Below are positions 1 to 6,715 of a stretch of 64,000 nucleotides of DNA, one piece after another. Made by a program: the position numbers and the translations under genes. Each line of letters begins with the position of its first letter. The stretch's first letter is position 1. A model generated the notes under the pieces. The model was not told where the DNA came from. It searched no databases and worked only from the letters and a program-made list of their open reading frames with translations. Source of the stretch: a virus; IMG/VR virus record IMGVR_UViG_3300027917_001949, positions 64,001 to 128,000 of that record. One strand, written 5' to 3'.

Positions 1-78
1 TAAGCCAACATGTTCGAAGAAATTGAAAGCAGGGGTTCACTGCCATGTTAAACCCGATAAGTGATTTCCTTAGCGAAT

Positions 79-154
79 GCTCCCGTAGCTGAATTGGAAC
101 AGCAACTCCCTTCTAAGGAGAAGTATAAGGGTTCGAGTCCCTTCGGGAGTACCA
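79..154 (+). tRNA. trnR: tRNA-Arg(TCT)
   Basis: Acceptor GCTCCCG/CGGGAGT, anticodon loop CT-TCT-AA, GTTCGAGTC T-loop, encoded CCA. Confidence 0.93.
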
Positions 155-376
155 ATGAATACTCAATTAACCGGAGTTCTGATTGAGCACACCAGTCACA
201 ATAACAACATTGACGAGGTTATTGCGGCAATGAAGGGTGTGCGACTTGATGAGTATCTTGGTTACGTTGCACCAAATTATGTGATAACATTTCGAATGGT
301 TTTGTTTCTTTGTAAACATGCTGGTACTAACTGTGATGACTGTGAACTACGTTTCAAATGTTGGACATTAAAATAA
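155..376 (+). CDS. Hypothetical protein with C-terminal Cys module (CDDCELRFKCWT)
   Basis: ATG directly follows tRNA CCA; recurrent motif. Confidence 0.75.
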   Translation: MNTQLTGVLIEHTSHNNNIDEVIAAMKGVRLDEYLGYVAPNYVITFRMVLFLCKHAGTNCDDCELRFKCWTLK

Positions 377-379
377 GAC

Positions 380-408
380 TTGACAAAGTCGAAAAAATAT
401 GATATAAT
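380..408 (+). promoter_or_regulatory. Sigma70-type promoter
   Basis: TTGACA-17 nt-TATAAT with extended -10 TG. Confidence 0.8.
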
Positions 409-419
409 AGAAGGAGAGC

Positions 420-530
420 ATGGAGAAGATTTTAGAAGTATTTTGTAGAGTTTTTGGTCATGACCATACATACAATCATGGTGAACAGATTTGTAGTGTA
501 TGCGGTAATGTCAAAGAAGACGACGAGTAG
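420..530 (+). CDS. Small Cys/His protein (MEKILEVFCRVFGHDH...CSVCG)
   Basis: AGAAGGAG SD upstream; 36 aa ORF read by hand. Confidence 0.55.
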   Translation: MEKILEVFCRVFGHDHTYNHGEQICSVCGNVKEDDE

Positions 531-539
531 TCGTCAAAT

Positions 540-620
540 CTCGCTGTAGTCGGGGGAGTTTCCTAAACTCTTAGCCGTAAGAGGTATCTGTAAATGAGGG
601 TTCAAGTCCCTCCAGCGAGT
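540..620 (+). ncRNA. Atypical tRNA-like RNA (acceptor and T arm, no normal D arm; CCT anticodon-like loop)
   Basis: CTCGCTG/CAGCGAG stem, GAGGG-TTCAAGT-CCCTC T arm, GAGT-TTCCTAA-ACTC hairpin. Confidence 0.6.
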
Positions 621-621
621 C

Positions 622-696
622 GGGGACGAGTACAGCCGATGAAAAGGTATTCAAAGGTAATTGCTGTATGACTTGCAATACTGGTACTCCCCAACA
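622..696 (+). ncRNA. 75-nt GGGGA...TCCCCAACA structured RNA candidate (copy A)
   Basis: Terminal stem GGGG(ACG)AGTAC/GTACTCCCC; same length and termini as 7174-7248. Confidence 0.45.
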
Positions 697-697
697 T

Positions 698-774
698 GCG
701 GGTATGATGCAATTGGCAGACATGCTACGCTTAGAACGTAGATTTTGCAGGTTCGAGTCCTGCTACCCGCACCA
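698..774 (+). tRNA. trnL: tRNA-Leu(TAG), short variable loop
   Basis: GCGGGTA/TACCCGC, CTACG-CTTAGAA-CGTAG, CCA. Confidence 0.92.
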
Positions 775-890
775 TACTAATATACTGAGGGAATCTGAAA
801 AAGATGAGACTGGAAGTTGATGGTTACTATCCCAGTCATGGGTGTCCGAGAAGCGGCAATGGTGGAGCGTCCATAGTAGGTGTATTAGTA
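775..890 (+). ncRNA. Structured intergenic RNA candidate
   Basis: 12-bp closing stem TACTAATATACT/GGTGTATTAGTA, internal GACTGG/CCAGTC hairpin; fills the gap between two tRNAs. Confidence 0.4.
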
Positions 891-894
891 CTAC

Positions 895-970
895 GGTGCA
901 TTGGTGTTAATGGTGAGCATACTACCCTGTCAAGGTTGAGGGAGGGGTTCGTGTCCCCTATGCACCGCCA
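895..970 (+). tRNA. trnD: tRNA-Asp(GTC)
   Basis: GGTGCAT/ATGCACC, loop CT-GTC-AA, CCA. Confidence 0.88.
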
Positions 971-1246
971 ATGAATAAGATTGTCCGTTATCGGATTCTT
1001 TTCAGTGATGAGTTTAAAGAAGGTGTGATACAATGTAGCACTACGCTATGCGGTGACTGTCCGGTCAGGTTTAAATGCTGGACAAGTCGTGTGGTCAGTG
1101 ACTACTTTTCTATCGCTTTCGAGGTAACACCGTATGAGCTTTTCTCGCTACAGTGGTTTAAGTTTGGAGAAAAGTTTAACGGAATGAAATATGAAACGGA
1201 CACTAAAAAACGATTGGTAGAGTGGCGACGTAGCCAAGAGGTTTAA
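971..1246 (+). CDS. Hypothetical Cys-module protein (CGDCPVRFKCWT)
   Basis: ATG right after CCA; 3' end overlaps tRNA-Cys. Confidence 0.75.
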   Translation: MNKIVRYRILFSDEFKEGVIQCSTTLCGDCPVRFKCWTSRVVSDYFSIAFEVTPYELFSLQWFKFGEKFNGMKYETDTKKRLVEWRRSQEV

Positions 1247-1297
1247 GGCGGCTGTCTGCAAAACAGCTTTTCATGGGTTCGAATCCCATCGTCGCCT
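1224..1297 (+). tRNA. trnC: tRNA-Cys(GCA), CCA not encoded
   Basis: GGCGACG/CGTCGCC, U73, GCTGT-CTGCAAA-ACAGC. Confidence 0.93.
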
Positions 1298-1299
1298 CA

Positions 1300-1647
1300 A
1301 TGAGTCCTAACGAATTATGTTTGGAGATTGCGAAAGCAATCCACGTACCATCAAGGTATATAGAGTTTGATACGAGTAAATATATCTATAAGTGTACGTG
1401 CGGTCTCTGTGACGAAGCTTGGACACATGAGATAGTGCGTGAAGCATTTGTTGCAGAAGATGAGGTTGAACAAAGACGGCTTCAAGGTTTGATGTGGTAT
1501 TACCACCGAACTAGAATTGGGGGTAACATATTCATTTTAAGTAATATGATGTGTTATGAACTTGGTCGCAGGTCTGGTTTACTGCAAGCATGTAACGACT
1601 GTACTCATAGGTACAAATGTATCACTAATAGTTTTATTCTGGTGTAG
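1300..1647 (+). CDS. Hypothetical Cys-module protein (CNDCTHRYKCIT)
   Basis: Start reassigned to ATG 1300 just after tRNA-Cys. Confidence 0.7.
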   Translation: MSPNELCLEIAKAIHVPSRYIEFDTSKYIYKCTCGLCDEAWTHEIVREAFVAEDEVEQRRLQGLMWYYHRTRIGGNIFILSNMMCYELGRRSGLLQACNDCTHRYKCITNSFILV

Positions 1648-1712
1648 TACAAAGGTAGTGCACTCGGCTGTTAACCGAGGATATAGTGGTTCGAGTCCAC
1701 TCACCAGAGCCA
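1638..1712 (+). tRNA. trnN: tRNA-Asn(GTT)
   Basis: TCTGGTG/CACCAGA, CTCGG-CTGTTAA-CCGAG, CCA. Confidence 0.93.
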
Positions 1713-1994
1713 ATGTTAATATTTGAAGTAGTACGAGATAGAGAGTTAAAGGTAGCATACGTTAACAGACTTGATTGCGGTGCTCGTGATTGTAATCAAT
1801 GTATCGGACGCTTCATTTGTTTTACCCAAAAAACTGGGTATTTCATGGGTGAGAAAGGTCTTATAATGGAGGAAGAACAGGCTAGACGATTAAGACACCA
1901 TCCATCTATCGAAGTAAACATGTTTTACGATGGGCAGAGACACGCAGTGGGTAAGAAATGGGACGGGGATAACTATGTCCCAGAGTTTGAATAA
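1713..1994 (+). CDS. Hypothetical Cys-module protein (CNQCIGRFICFT)
   Basis: ATG directly after CCA; stop directly before tRNA-Glu. Confidence 0.72.
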   Translation: MLIFEVVRDRELKVAYVNRLDCGARDCNQCIGRFICFTQKTGYFMGEKGLIMEEEQARRLRHHPSIEVNMFYDGQRHAVGKKWDGDNYVPEFE

Positions 1995-2072
1995 GGCAGC
2001 ATGGACTAATCTGGTTATGTCACCACTCTTTCAAAGTGGAGATTACGGGTTCAAATCCCGTTGCTGCTACCA
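1995..2072 (+). tRNA. trnE: tRNA-Glu(TTC)
   Basis: GGCAGCA/TGCTGCT, CCACT-CTTTCAA-AGTGG, CCA. Confidence 0.93.
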
Positions 2073-2081
2073 TGATAGTAT

Positions 2082-2157
2082 AGCGGGGTGGAGCAGTGGT
2101 TAGCTCGACTGGCTCATAACCAGTAGGTCGAGGGTTCAAATCCCTCCCCCGCCACCA
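2082..2157 (+). tRNA. trnM: tRNA-Met(CAT), initiator-like
   Basis: AGCGGGG/CCCCGCC with 1:72 mismatch, loop CT-CAT-AA, CCA. Confidence 0.9.
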
Positions 2158-2532
2158 ATGGAATATTGCACTTATAATAGGATATGTGCTAATAAGATAA
2201 GTTGTTTGGAGTGGACCGATGTCGGTACTTGTGATTATTATGGTCACTACCGACGGGTAACACCACCAGAGAAAACGGTTTATCACATGCGGAGTCAGGA
2301 TTGTCAACACCTTACTCGTACCATCACTCCAGAGCATCAGAAGTTATGCGAAGATTGTGACCATAGATTTTACTGTTGGACTTCTGAATACTGGGGTAAT
2401 GATATGTATGAGCAACATAAGCATTATATCTATGTTAAGAGTACTGCAATAGCACGAGCACGTAATATCGCTCGTCAAGAGAAGGAAGCACGGTTGCTTA
2501 GTATTGAAACATATGGATTGACAAGTGCGTAA
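2158..2532 (+). CDS. Hypothetical Cys-module protein (CEDCDHRFYCWT)
   Basis: ATG directly after CCA. Confidence 0.72.
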   Translation: MEYCTYNRICANKISCLEWTDVGTCDYYGHYRRVTPPEKTVYHMRSQDCQHLTRTITPEHQKLCEDCDHRFYCWTSEYWGNDMYEQHKHYIYVKSTAIARARNIARQEKEARLLSIETYGLTSA

Positions 2533-2827
2533 AGGTATCAAGATACCGAAATTAAGTGTACGTTTATGTAATAACTGCGGCTTAATCATGGTCGTCCAGG
2601 GTGACAGTCAATGGCTTTCGTGTCGTAGATGTCGTTCGAAACACCTGAAATTCTTGTGTTCCACTGAAGAGAATGATATTACAACAGGTATGATGGAAGA
2701 GTGTAATACCTGTAAGCATCGATTTAGATGTATTACTCAACGGTCACGTGCATATGTATACACTCCTATTTATCGAAACTCCGAGGGTGTGAGACGGAAA
2801 ATTGGACAACGTTCAAGACCACGATGA
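2525..2827 (+). CDS. Zn-ribbon plus Cys-module protein (CNTCKHRFRCIT)
   Basis: CNNC/CRRC pairs plus recurrent motif. Confidence 0.65.
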   Translation: MRKGIKIPKLSVRLCNNCGLIMVVQGDSQWLSCRRCRSKHLKFLCSTEENDITTGMMEECNTCKHRFRCITQRSRAYVYTPIYRNSEGVRRKIGQRSRPR

Positions 2828-2833
2828 TTTTAT

Positions 2834-2905
2834 TTCCCCGTAGTCTAATTGGTATGACTGCTGGCTCTGAACCAGTCAATTCAGGTTCGAATCCTGACGG
2901 GGGAA
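2834..2905 (+). tRNA. trnQ: tRNA-Gln(CTG), CCA not encoded
   Basis: TTCCCCG/CGGGGGA, GCTGG-CTCTGAA-CCAGT. Confidence 0.9.
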
Positions 2906-2908
2906 CAG

Positions 2909-3181
2909 ATGAAGCGAGTATTTAAGCTAAATAAAAGCGGTAATAATACTTACATATGTATGGGTGGTGGATGTGATAGATGTTGTATGAGATTTAAGTG
3001 CTTTTCTGTTAGTAAGTATGAGTATTTTGTCGTTGACTGGCATCTGATACACACCAATGAAAGCCCGACAAAATACTTGGAACGGCAGACTCATAGCAGA
3101 GTGTACGTGAAAGGAAGTAAACGATATAACAAAGCATTGTTAGACATGGGAATATCACCATTGTTGTTTACAACCTATTAG
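2909..3181 (+). CDS. Hypothetical Cys-module protein (CDRCCMRFKCFS)
   Basis: Starts 3 nt after tRNA; last base of TAG is base 1 of the next tRNA. Confidence 0.7.
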   Translation: MKRVFKLNKSGNNTYICMGGGCDRCCMRFKCFSVSKYEYFVVDWHLIHTNESPTKYLERQTHSRVYVKGSKRYNKALLDMGISPLLFTTY

Positions 3182-3255
3182 GCGTTGTAACCCAACCAGG
3201 CAGAGGTAACTGGCTAAGAACCAGTGAAGTGCAGGTTCGAATCCTGTCAACGCCA
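3181..3255 (+). tRNA. trnL: tRNA-Leu(AAG), short variable loop, CCA not encoded
   Basis: GGCGTTG/CAACGCC, ACTGG-CTAAGAA-CCAGT, A73. Confidence 0.88.
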
Positions 3256-3256
3256 C

Positions 3257-3487
3257 ATGAGGAATCCAGATAGAATACCTTTAATATTGGAAACCATATA
3301 TGAGATATGGATAGAAAACCCAGATTTAAGGTTGATGCAACTTTTAGGTAATTGTTTTTCTCCGGCAGATAATTACCACCGTGAGGATGACGTATTACTT
3401 GAACGATTGCGACAAGTATATGGTAAGTCGAGTGAACGCTCTACGAGAGAGGAAAGTCCGAACACCGCAGAGCAGGATGCAGGGTAA
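3257..3487 (+). CDS. Conserved phage-type protein (MRNPDRI...NPDLRLMQL; DUF1040/YihD-like)
   Basis: Recognisable N-terminal pattern; 3' end overlaps rnpB. Confidence 0.65.
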   Translation: MRNPDRIPLILETIYEIWIENPDLRLMQLLGNCFSPADNYHREDDVLLERLRQVYGKSSERSTREESPNTAEQDAG

Positions 3488-3820
3488 CACCCTGGCAGAG
3501 TAATCTGACGACTAGTGCAACAGAGACGAGTCAGTAGTTCGAGGTATGGGGTATTGGTAGCTCATATCCCTGTGGAATAGTATGGTTGTTTCTCTATATA
3601 GACACGTCATCGTACTGTGGAGGATGGCTACTTTCAGTAGGACTTACTGGGTGAAACGGGTAAACTCCATCCGGTGCAACCCCAAGCAGAAAGCAAATCG
3701 GCGATTCCGTTTAAGACCTGCTCGGTCAAGCTTTCGGGTCGGGGGCAAGGAGTTTAATGGTAACATTAAACCAAGATAAATGTTCACATAGTACAGAATT
3801 CGGCTTATAGATTTACCATA
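3419..3820 (+). ncRNA. rnpB: RNase P RNA (bacterial type A-like)
   Basis: 11-bp P1 TATGGTAAGTC/GATTTACCATA, GAGGAAAGTCC (3449), AGTGCAACAGAGA, GGGTGAAACGGGTAAACTCC..GGTGCAA, ACAGAATTCGGCTTA (3793). Confidence 0.95.
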
Positions 3821-3824
3821 TTAA

Positions 3825-3900
3825 GTGTCCGAAGTGTAACGGTTGTGCACGGGAGATTGTGGCTCTCTCTGAGTGGGTTCGATTCCCACCGGACACTCCA
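3825..3900 (+). tRNA. trnH: tRNA-His(GTG)
   Basis: GTGTCCG/CGGACAC, loop TT-GTG-GC, CCA. Confidence 0.9.
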
Positions 3901-4124
3901 TGTACCTTATCGCAAATAACTATCGATATTCCTACAGTAGAGAATATCCATACTTTAACGGTGACCTTGTCGTATGTTGGCAAGATATACCATGTGAGGA
4001 ATGTAAAGATAGGTTTTATTGCTTTACCCATGTAACTCACGTAAACAGTCCTTATTTTAGTTTAAGTGATGAACTTAGAAGGAGACCGAGTAGTGCAGAC
4101 TTATCTCAGAAGCAAGATACGTAA
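3900..4124 (+). CDS. Hypothetical Cys-module protein (CEECKDRFYCFT)
   Basis: ATG uses the terminal A of the tRNA-His CCA. Confidence 0.65.
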   Translation: MYLIANNYRYSYSREYPYFNGDLVVCWQDIPCEECKDRFYCFTHVTHVNSPYFSLSDELRRRPSSADLSQKQDT

Positions 4125-4440
4125 TTTAGTAGTTACTGATGTTAACGTCAGTTACGATGGAAGTATTAGTTTAGACCCAGAATTAATGGAAATGGCTGGC
4201 ATTTCCCCGTTCGAACAAGTTCATGTGCTTAATGTTACGAATGGTGAACGGTTCATAACATATGCAATTAAGGGTGAAAAGGATGAGGTTTGTGTGAATG
4301 GTGCGGCAGCTCATTTGGTGGAGTTTAACGATGTATTAATGGTTCTTACCTATGAGATTGTTGACCATGGTGTGGTAAGACATTACGCTAATCACCCAAC
4401 TATAGTCGATGCCGAAGCACGGCACAAGTATTTGATATAA
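4093..4440 (+). CDS. panD: Aspartate 1-decarboxylase (pyruvoyl-dependent)
   Basis: SKI, YDGSIS self-cleavage site, NGERFITYAI, NGAAAH motifs; AAGGAG SD before GTG. Confidence 0.9.
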   Translation: MQTYLRSKIRNLVVTDVNVSYDGSISLDPELMEMAGISPFEQVHVLNVTNGERFITYAIKGEKDEVCVNGAAAHLVEFNDVLMVLTYEIVDHGVVRHYANHPTIVDAEARHKYLI

Positions 4441-4442
4441 TT

Positions 4443-4518
4443 GCGGATGAAATTCATTTGGTTGAATGCTGCGTTGCCAACGCAGATGTAGCGGGTTCGA
4501 ATCCCGCCATCCGCTCCA
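4443..4518 (+). tRNA. trnG: tRNA-Gly(GCC)
   Basis: GCGGATG/CATCCGC, U73, CTGCG-TTGCCAA-CGCAG. Confidence 0.93.
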
Positions 4519-4519
4519 C

Positions 4520-4593
4520 GCTAGAGTGATGCAACTGGCAGACATGTCCGTCTCAAAAACGGGATTTTGAGGGTTCGAATCCCTCCTCTAGCA
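4520..4593 (+). tRNA. trnL: tRNA-Leu(CAA), short variable loop, CCA not encoded
   Basis: GCTAGAG/CTCTAGC, loop CT-CAA-AA. Confidence 0.9.
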
Positions 4594-4665
4594 CATGAAA
4601 ACAAATCGATTAGATTTCGTTTTATTGATATTTTTTATAGCTATGTTTGTAGCATTGGCATTTTT

Positions 4666-4740
4666 GGGAGTGTCGGTTAATGGATAAACCAACGGATTCC
4701 AAACCCGTGACTGAGAGTTCGAATCTTTCCACTCCCGCCA
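4666..4740 (+). tRNA. trnW: tRNA-Trp(CCA)
   Basis: GGGAGTG/CACTCCC, G73, loop TT-CCA-AA. Confidence 0.9.
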
Positions 4741-4748
4741 AATCTATC

Positions 4749-4940
4749 GTGGTAGATACTGGTATACTTGGAATGGTAGGGAACATTGGCAGTTTCACAG
4801 TTAGATGTTTCGGTGACAACTGTGAGGAATGTTTTTTGCGGTTTAAATGCTATACTACTCGTTCTGATGAGATACATATTCATATGGATGAGTGGTTTAA
4901 AGTGAAACCGAAAATCGTTTATACACGAGTAGAGGTATGA
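4749..4940 (+). CDS. Hypothetical Cys-module protein (CEECFLRFKCYT)
   Basis: Recurrent motif; start uncertain, placed after tRNA-Trp. Confidence 0.6.
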   Translation: MVDTGILGMVGNIGSFTVRCFGDNCEECFLRFKCYTTRSDEIHIHMDEWFKVKPKIVYTRVEV

Positions 4941-5245
4941 TGCGTGGTAAAAGATTACGTGATGCGACTATAAAAGCTGAACATACTTTCGAGAAATATC
5001 AGGGCTATAATCCACGGGATGAGAAGCTATTAACGGCTCGTTGGATACCTTGGACAGAGGACGAAATAGCACGTACCGTAGGAATTTTTAGAAAAACTAA
5101 AGTACCATGTTCATGTGTAATGTGTGGTAATCCAAGAAGATACTTTGGAGAATTGACATTCGGAGAGATAAGACAACATTTAGATGCTGATGCACAATGT
5201 GAAGAAGTAGATTGGTATCATAAAAAAGTAAGATGGTCGGTGTAG
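4937..5245 (+). CDS. Conserved phage-type protein (PCSCxMCGNPRR)
   Basis: ATGA-coupled; Cys motif; overlaps tRNA-Leu(TAA) 5' end. Confidence 0.7.
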   Translation: MMRGKRLRDATIKAEHTFEKYQGYNPRDEKLLTARWIPWTEDEIARTVGIFRKTKVPCSCVMCGNPRRYFGELTFGEIRQHLDADAQCEEVDWYHKKVRWSV

Positions 5246-5312
5246 CCCAACTGGCAGAGGTGATAGGCTTAAACCCTATTCAGTGTGAGTTCGAATCTCA
5301 CCACCGACACCA
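5236..5312 (+). tRNA. trnL: tRNA-Leu(TAA), short variable loop
   Basis: GTCGGTG/CACCGAC, ATAGG-CTTAAAC-CCTAT, CCA. Confidence 0.92.
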
Positions 5313-5328
5313 AGCCATATACTGGGTA

Positions 5329-5357
5329 TTGACAAATTGCAGTAACTGTGGTATAAT
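5329..5357 (+). promoter_or_regulatory. Perfect sigma70-type promoter
   Basis: TTGACA-17-TATAAT with TG extension. Confidence 0.85.
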
Positions 5358-5363
5358 GGTATT

Positions 5364-5505
5364 GTAACCTGATGAGGGAGATGCCTAACTAGCCGTAGTG
5401 AAGGGCAGATGCGGGAAAATCTAACCGGTGGTTCTAGGGGATTAGCACCCATGCTAGATAGTTAAAAGTCCATCGTGGAAGGTAGACACCCTGACTCAGG
5501 TTCGC
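5364..5505 (+). ncRNA. Rod-shaped RNA candidate, possibly 6S-like
   Basis: Begins at predicted TSS; AACCTGA/TCAGGTT, AGGG/CCCT, TGCCT/AGGTA, ATCTA/TAGAT, GGTG/CACC nested pairings. Confidence 0.45.
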
Positions 5506-5507
5506 AA

Positions 5508-5584
5508 GCTGACTTAGCTCATTCTGGTAGAGCGACAGGTTGAAGCCCTGTGCGTAGGTGGTTCGATTCCGCCAGTCAGCACCA
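5508..5584 (+). tRNA. trnF: tRNA-Phe(GAA)
   Basis: GCTGACT/AGTCAGC, ACAGG-TTGAAGC-CCTGT, CCA. Confidence 0.93.
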
Positions 5585-5745
5585 TGGAAATTAATTGTTA
5601 TGAATGTCCCTTAACTCATGCGTGTAGTGTAAGAGCACGTAAGGAAGTGGGACGAGTGTGGGATGGTATAATTGAATCTTGGGAACTTAATGATTGTCCA
5701 CTCTACAGATTACTTCAAATAATGGAAGCAATTAAGTATCTTTAA
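5584..5745 (+). CDS. 53-aa Cys protein (CYECPLTHAC)
   Basis: Hand-translated; ATG overlaps CCA; stop 1 nt before tRNA-Tyr. Confidence 0.55.
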   Translation: MEINCYECPLTHACSVRARKEVGRVWDGIIESWELNDCPLYRLLQIMEAIKYL

Positions 5746-5746
5746 T

Positions 5747-5833
5747 GGCGTAGCGGCAACGTGGGAGAGTTGCCCTGGTCTGTAAAACCAGTGTCCTTGG
5801 GCTTAGTAGGTTCGAATCCTATCTGCGCCACCA
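5747..5833 (+). tRNA. trnY: tRNA-Tyr(GTA)
   Basis: GGCGTAG/CTGCGCC, loop CT-GTA-AA, long variable arm, CCA. Confidence 0.92.
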
Positions 5834-5834
5834 A

Positions 5835-6074
5835 ATGTTAAAAGAATTACGTCAAGCTAAAAAATTATACTGTTATCATTGTGATGCATTGTATGAACCA
5901 GTATCATTTTTAACGTGTCCGTCATGCGGTACACCACTTGTTACGTGTTGGTGGGGATTGATTTACGGAATGAATAAGGACGAAATTCATAAATTATGTC
6001 CTGATTGTAAGAATAGATTCTGGTGTTGGACACAGCGACCAGAACTACCCACAATGAGTGGGACATACATGTAA
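5835..6074 (+). CDS. Zn-ribbon plus Cys-module protein (CPDCKNRFWCWT)
   Basis: CYHC..CPSC plus motif; starts 1 nt after CCA. Confidence 0.72.
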   Translation: MLKELRQAKKLYCYHCDALYEPVSFLTCPSCGTPLVTCWWGLIYGMNKDEIHKLCPDCKNRFWCWTQRPELPTMSGTYM

Positions 6075-6077
6075 AAT

Positions 6078-6151
6078 GGGGGTTTAGTTCAGTGGGAGAA
6101 CACTTCCCTTGCAAGGAAGGAAGACGAGTTCGAGTCTCGTAACCTCCACCA
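6078..6151 (+). tRNA. trnA: tRNA-Ala(TGC)
   Basis: GGGGGTT/AACCTCC with G3:U70, loop CT-TGC-AA. Confidence 0.93.
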
Positions 6152-6153
6152 AG

Positions 6154-6648
6154 ATGATTAAACCAAAACTTGGTGAAATTAGAACTGGTAAAGAACTTGG
6201 ATATATATCAAGGAACAAGCATATTGGTCATGCTTGTGAAATATGCGGCAAATTACGTTGGGTTCGTTTGATAGGTGGTAAACCACAGCGAACAAAATGC
6301 GAAGCACATAACGGTGGTAACTATGTAGATAGCAGTGGTAATGCTGCTGGTAATTTTAAACATGGTTTTCGTAATACTAGATTGTATCGAGTATGGAAAG
6401 GGATGAAACAGCGGTGTTATTTACCAACATTTGATTCGTATAAAACGTATGGTGCTCGTGGTATTAAAGTTTGTGACGAGTGGCATGAATTTATTCCATT
6501 CAAAGATTGGGCATTATCACACGGATATTCAGATGACCTATGTATAGACAGAATTGATAATGATGGGAATTATGAGCCGGATAACTGTCAATTTCTTACT
6601 CGAAGTGAAAATAGTCGTAAACAAAAATTAGATAGACTCGGTGTGTAG
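6154..6648 (+). CDS. HNH-family (putative homing) endonuclease
   Basis: RLYRVWKGMKQRC, YGARGIKVCDEW, IDRIDNDGNYEPDNC motifs. Confidence 0.85.
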   Translation: MIKPKLGEIRTGKELGYISRNKHIGHACEICGKLRWVRLIGGKPQRTKCEAHNGGNYVDSSGNAAGNFKHGFRNTRLYRVWKGMKQRCYLPTFDSYKTYGARGIKVCDEWHEFIPFKDWALSHGYSDDLCIDRIDNDGNYEPDNCQFLTRSENSRKQKLDRLGV

Positions 6649-6715
6649 CACAGCTTGGTAGTGCGCCTGATTTGGGGTCAGGAAGTCGTAGGTTCAAATC
6701 CTATCACACCGACCA
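6639..6715 (+). tRNA. trnP: tRNA-Pro(TGG)
   Basis: CGGTGTG/CACACCG, CCTGA-TTTGGGG-TCAGG, CCA. Confidence 0.93.

Noticed and set aside
2020-2337. Minus-strand ORFs over the tRNA array (also 277-471, 836-1033, 3813-4040, 4336-4545, 4622-4883)
   Set aside because: Antisense shadows of tRNA genes and plus-strand ORFs (typical GFEP/RDSNP translations).
3582-3779. 65-aa ORF
   Set aside because: Lies wholly within the RNase P RNA.
5368-5395. CTGATGAG resembling a hammerhead ribozyme core
   Set aside because: No GAAA follows the putative stem II, and the segment pairs instead with 5480-5502.
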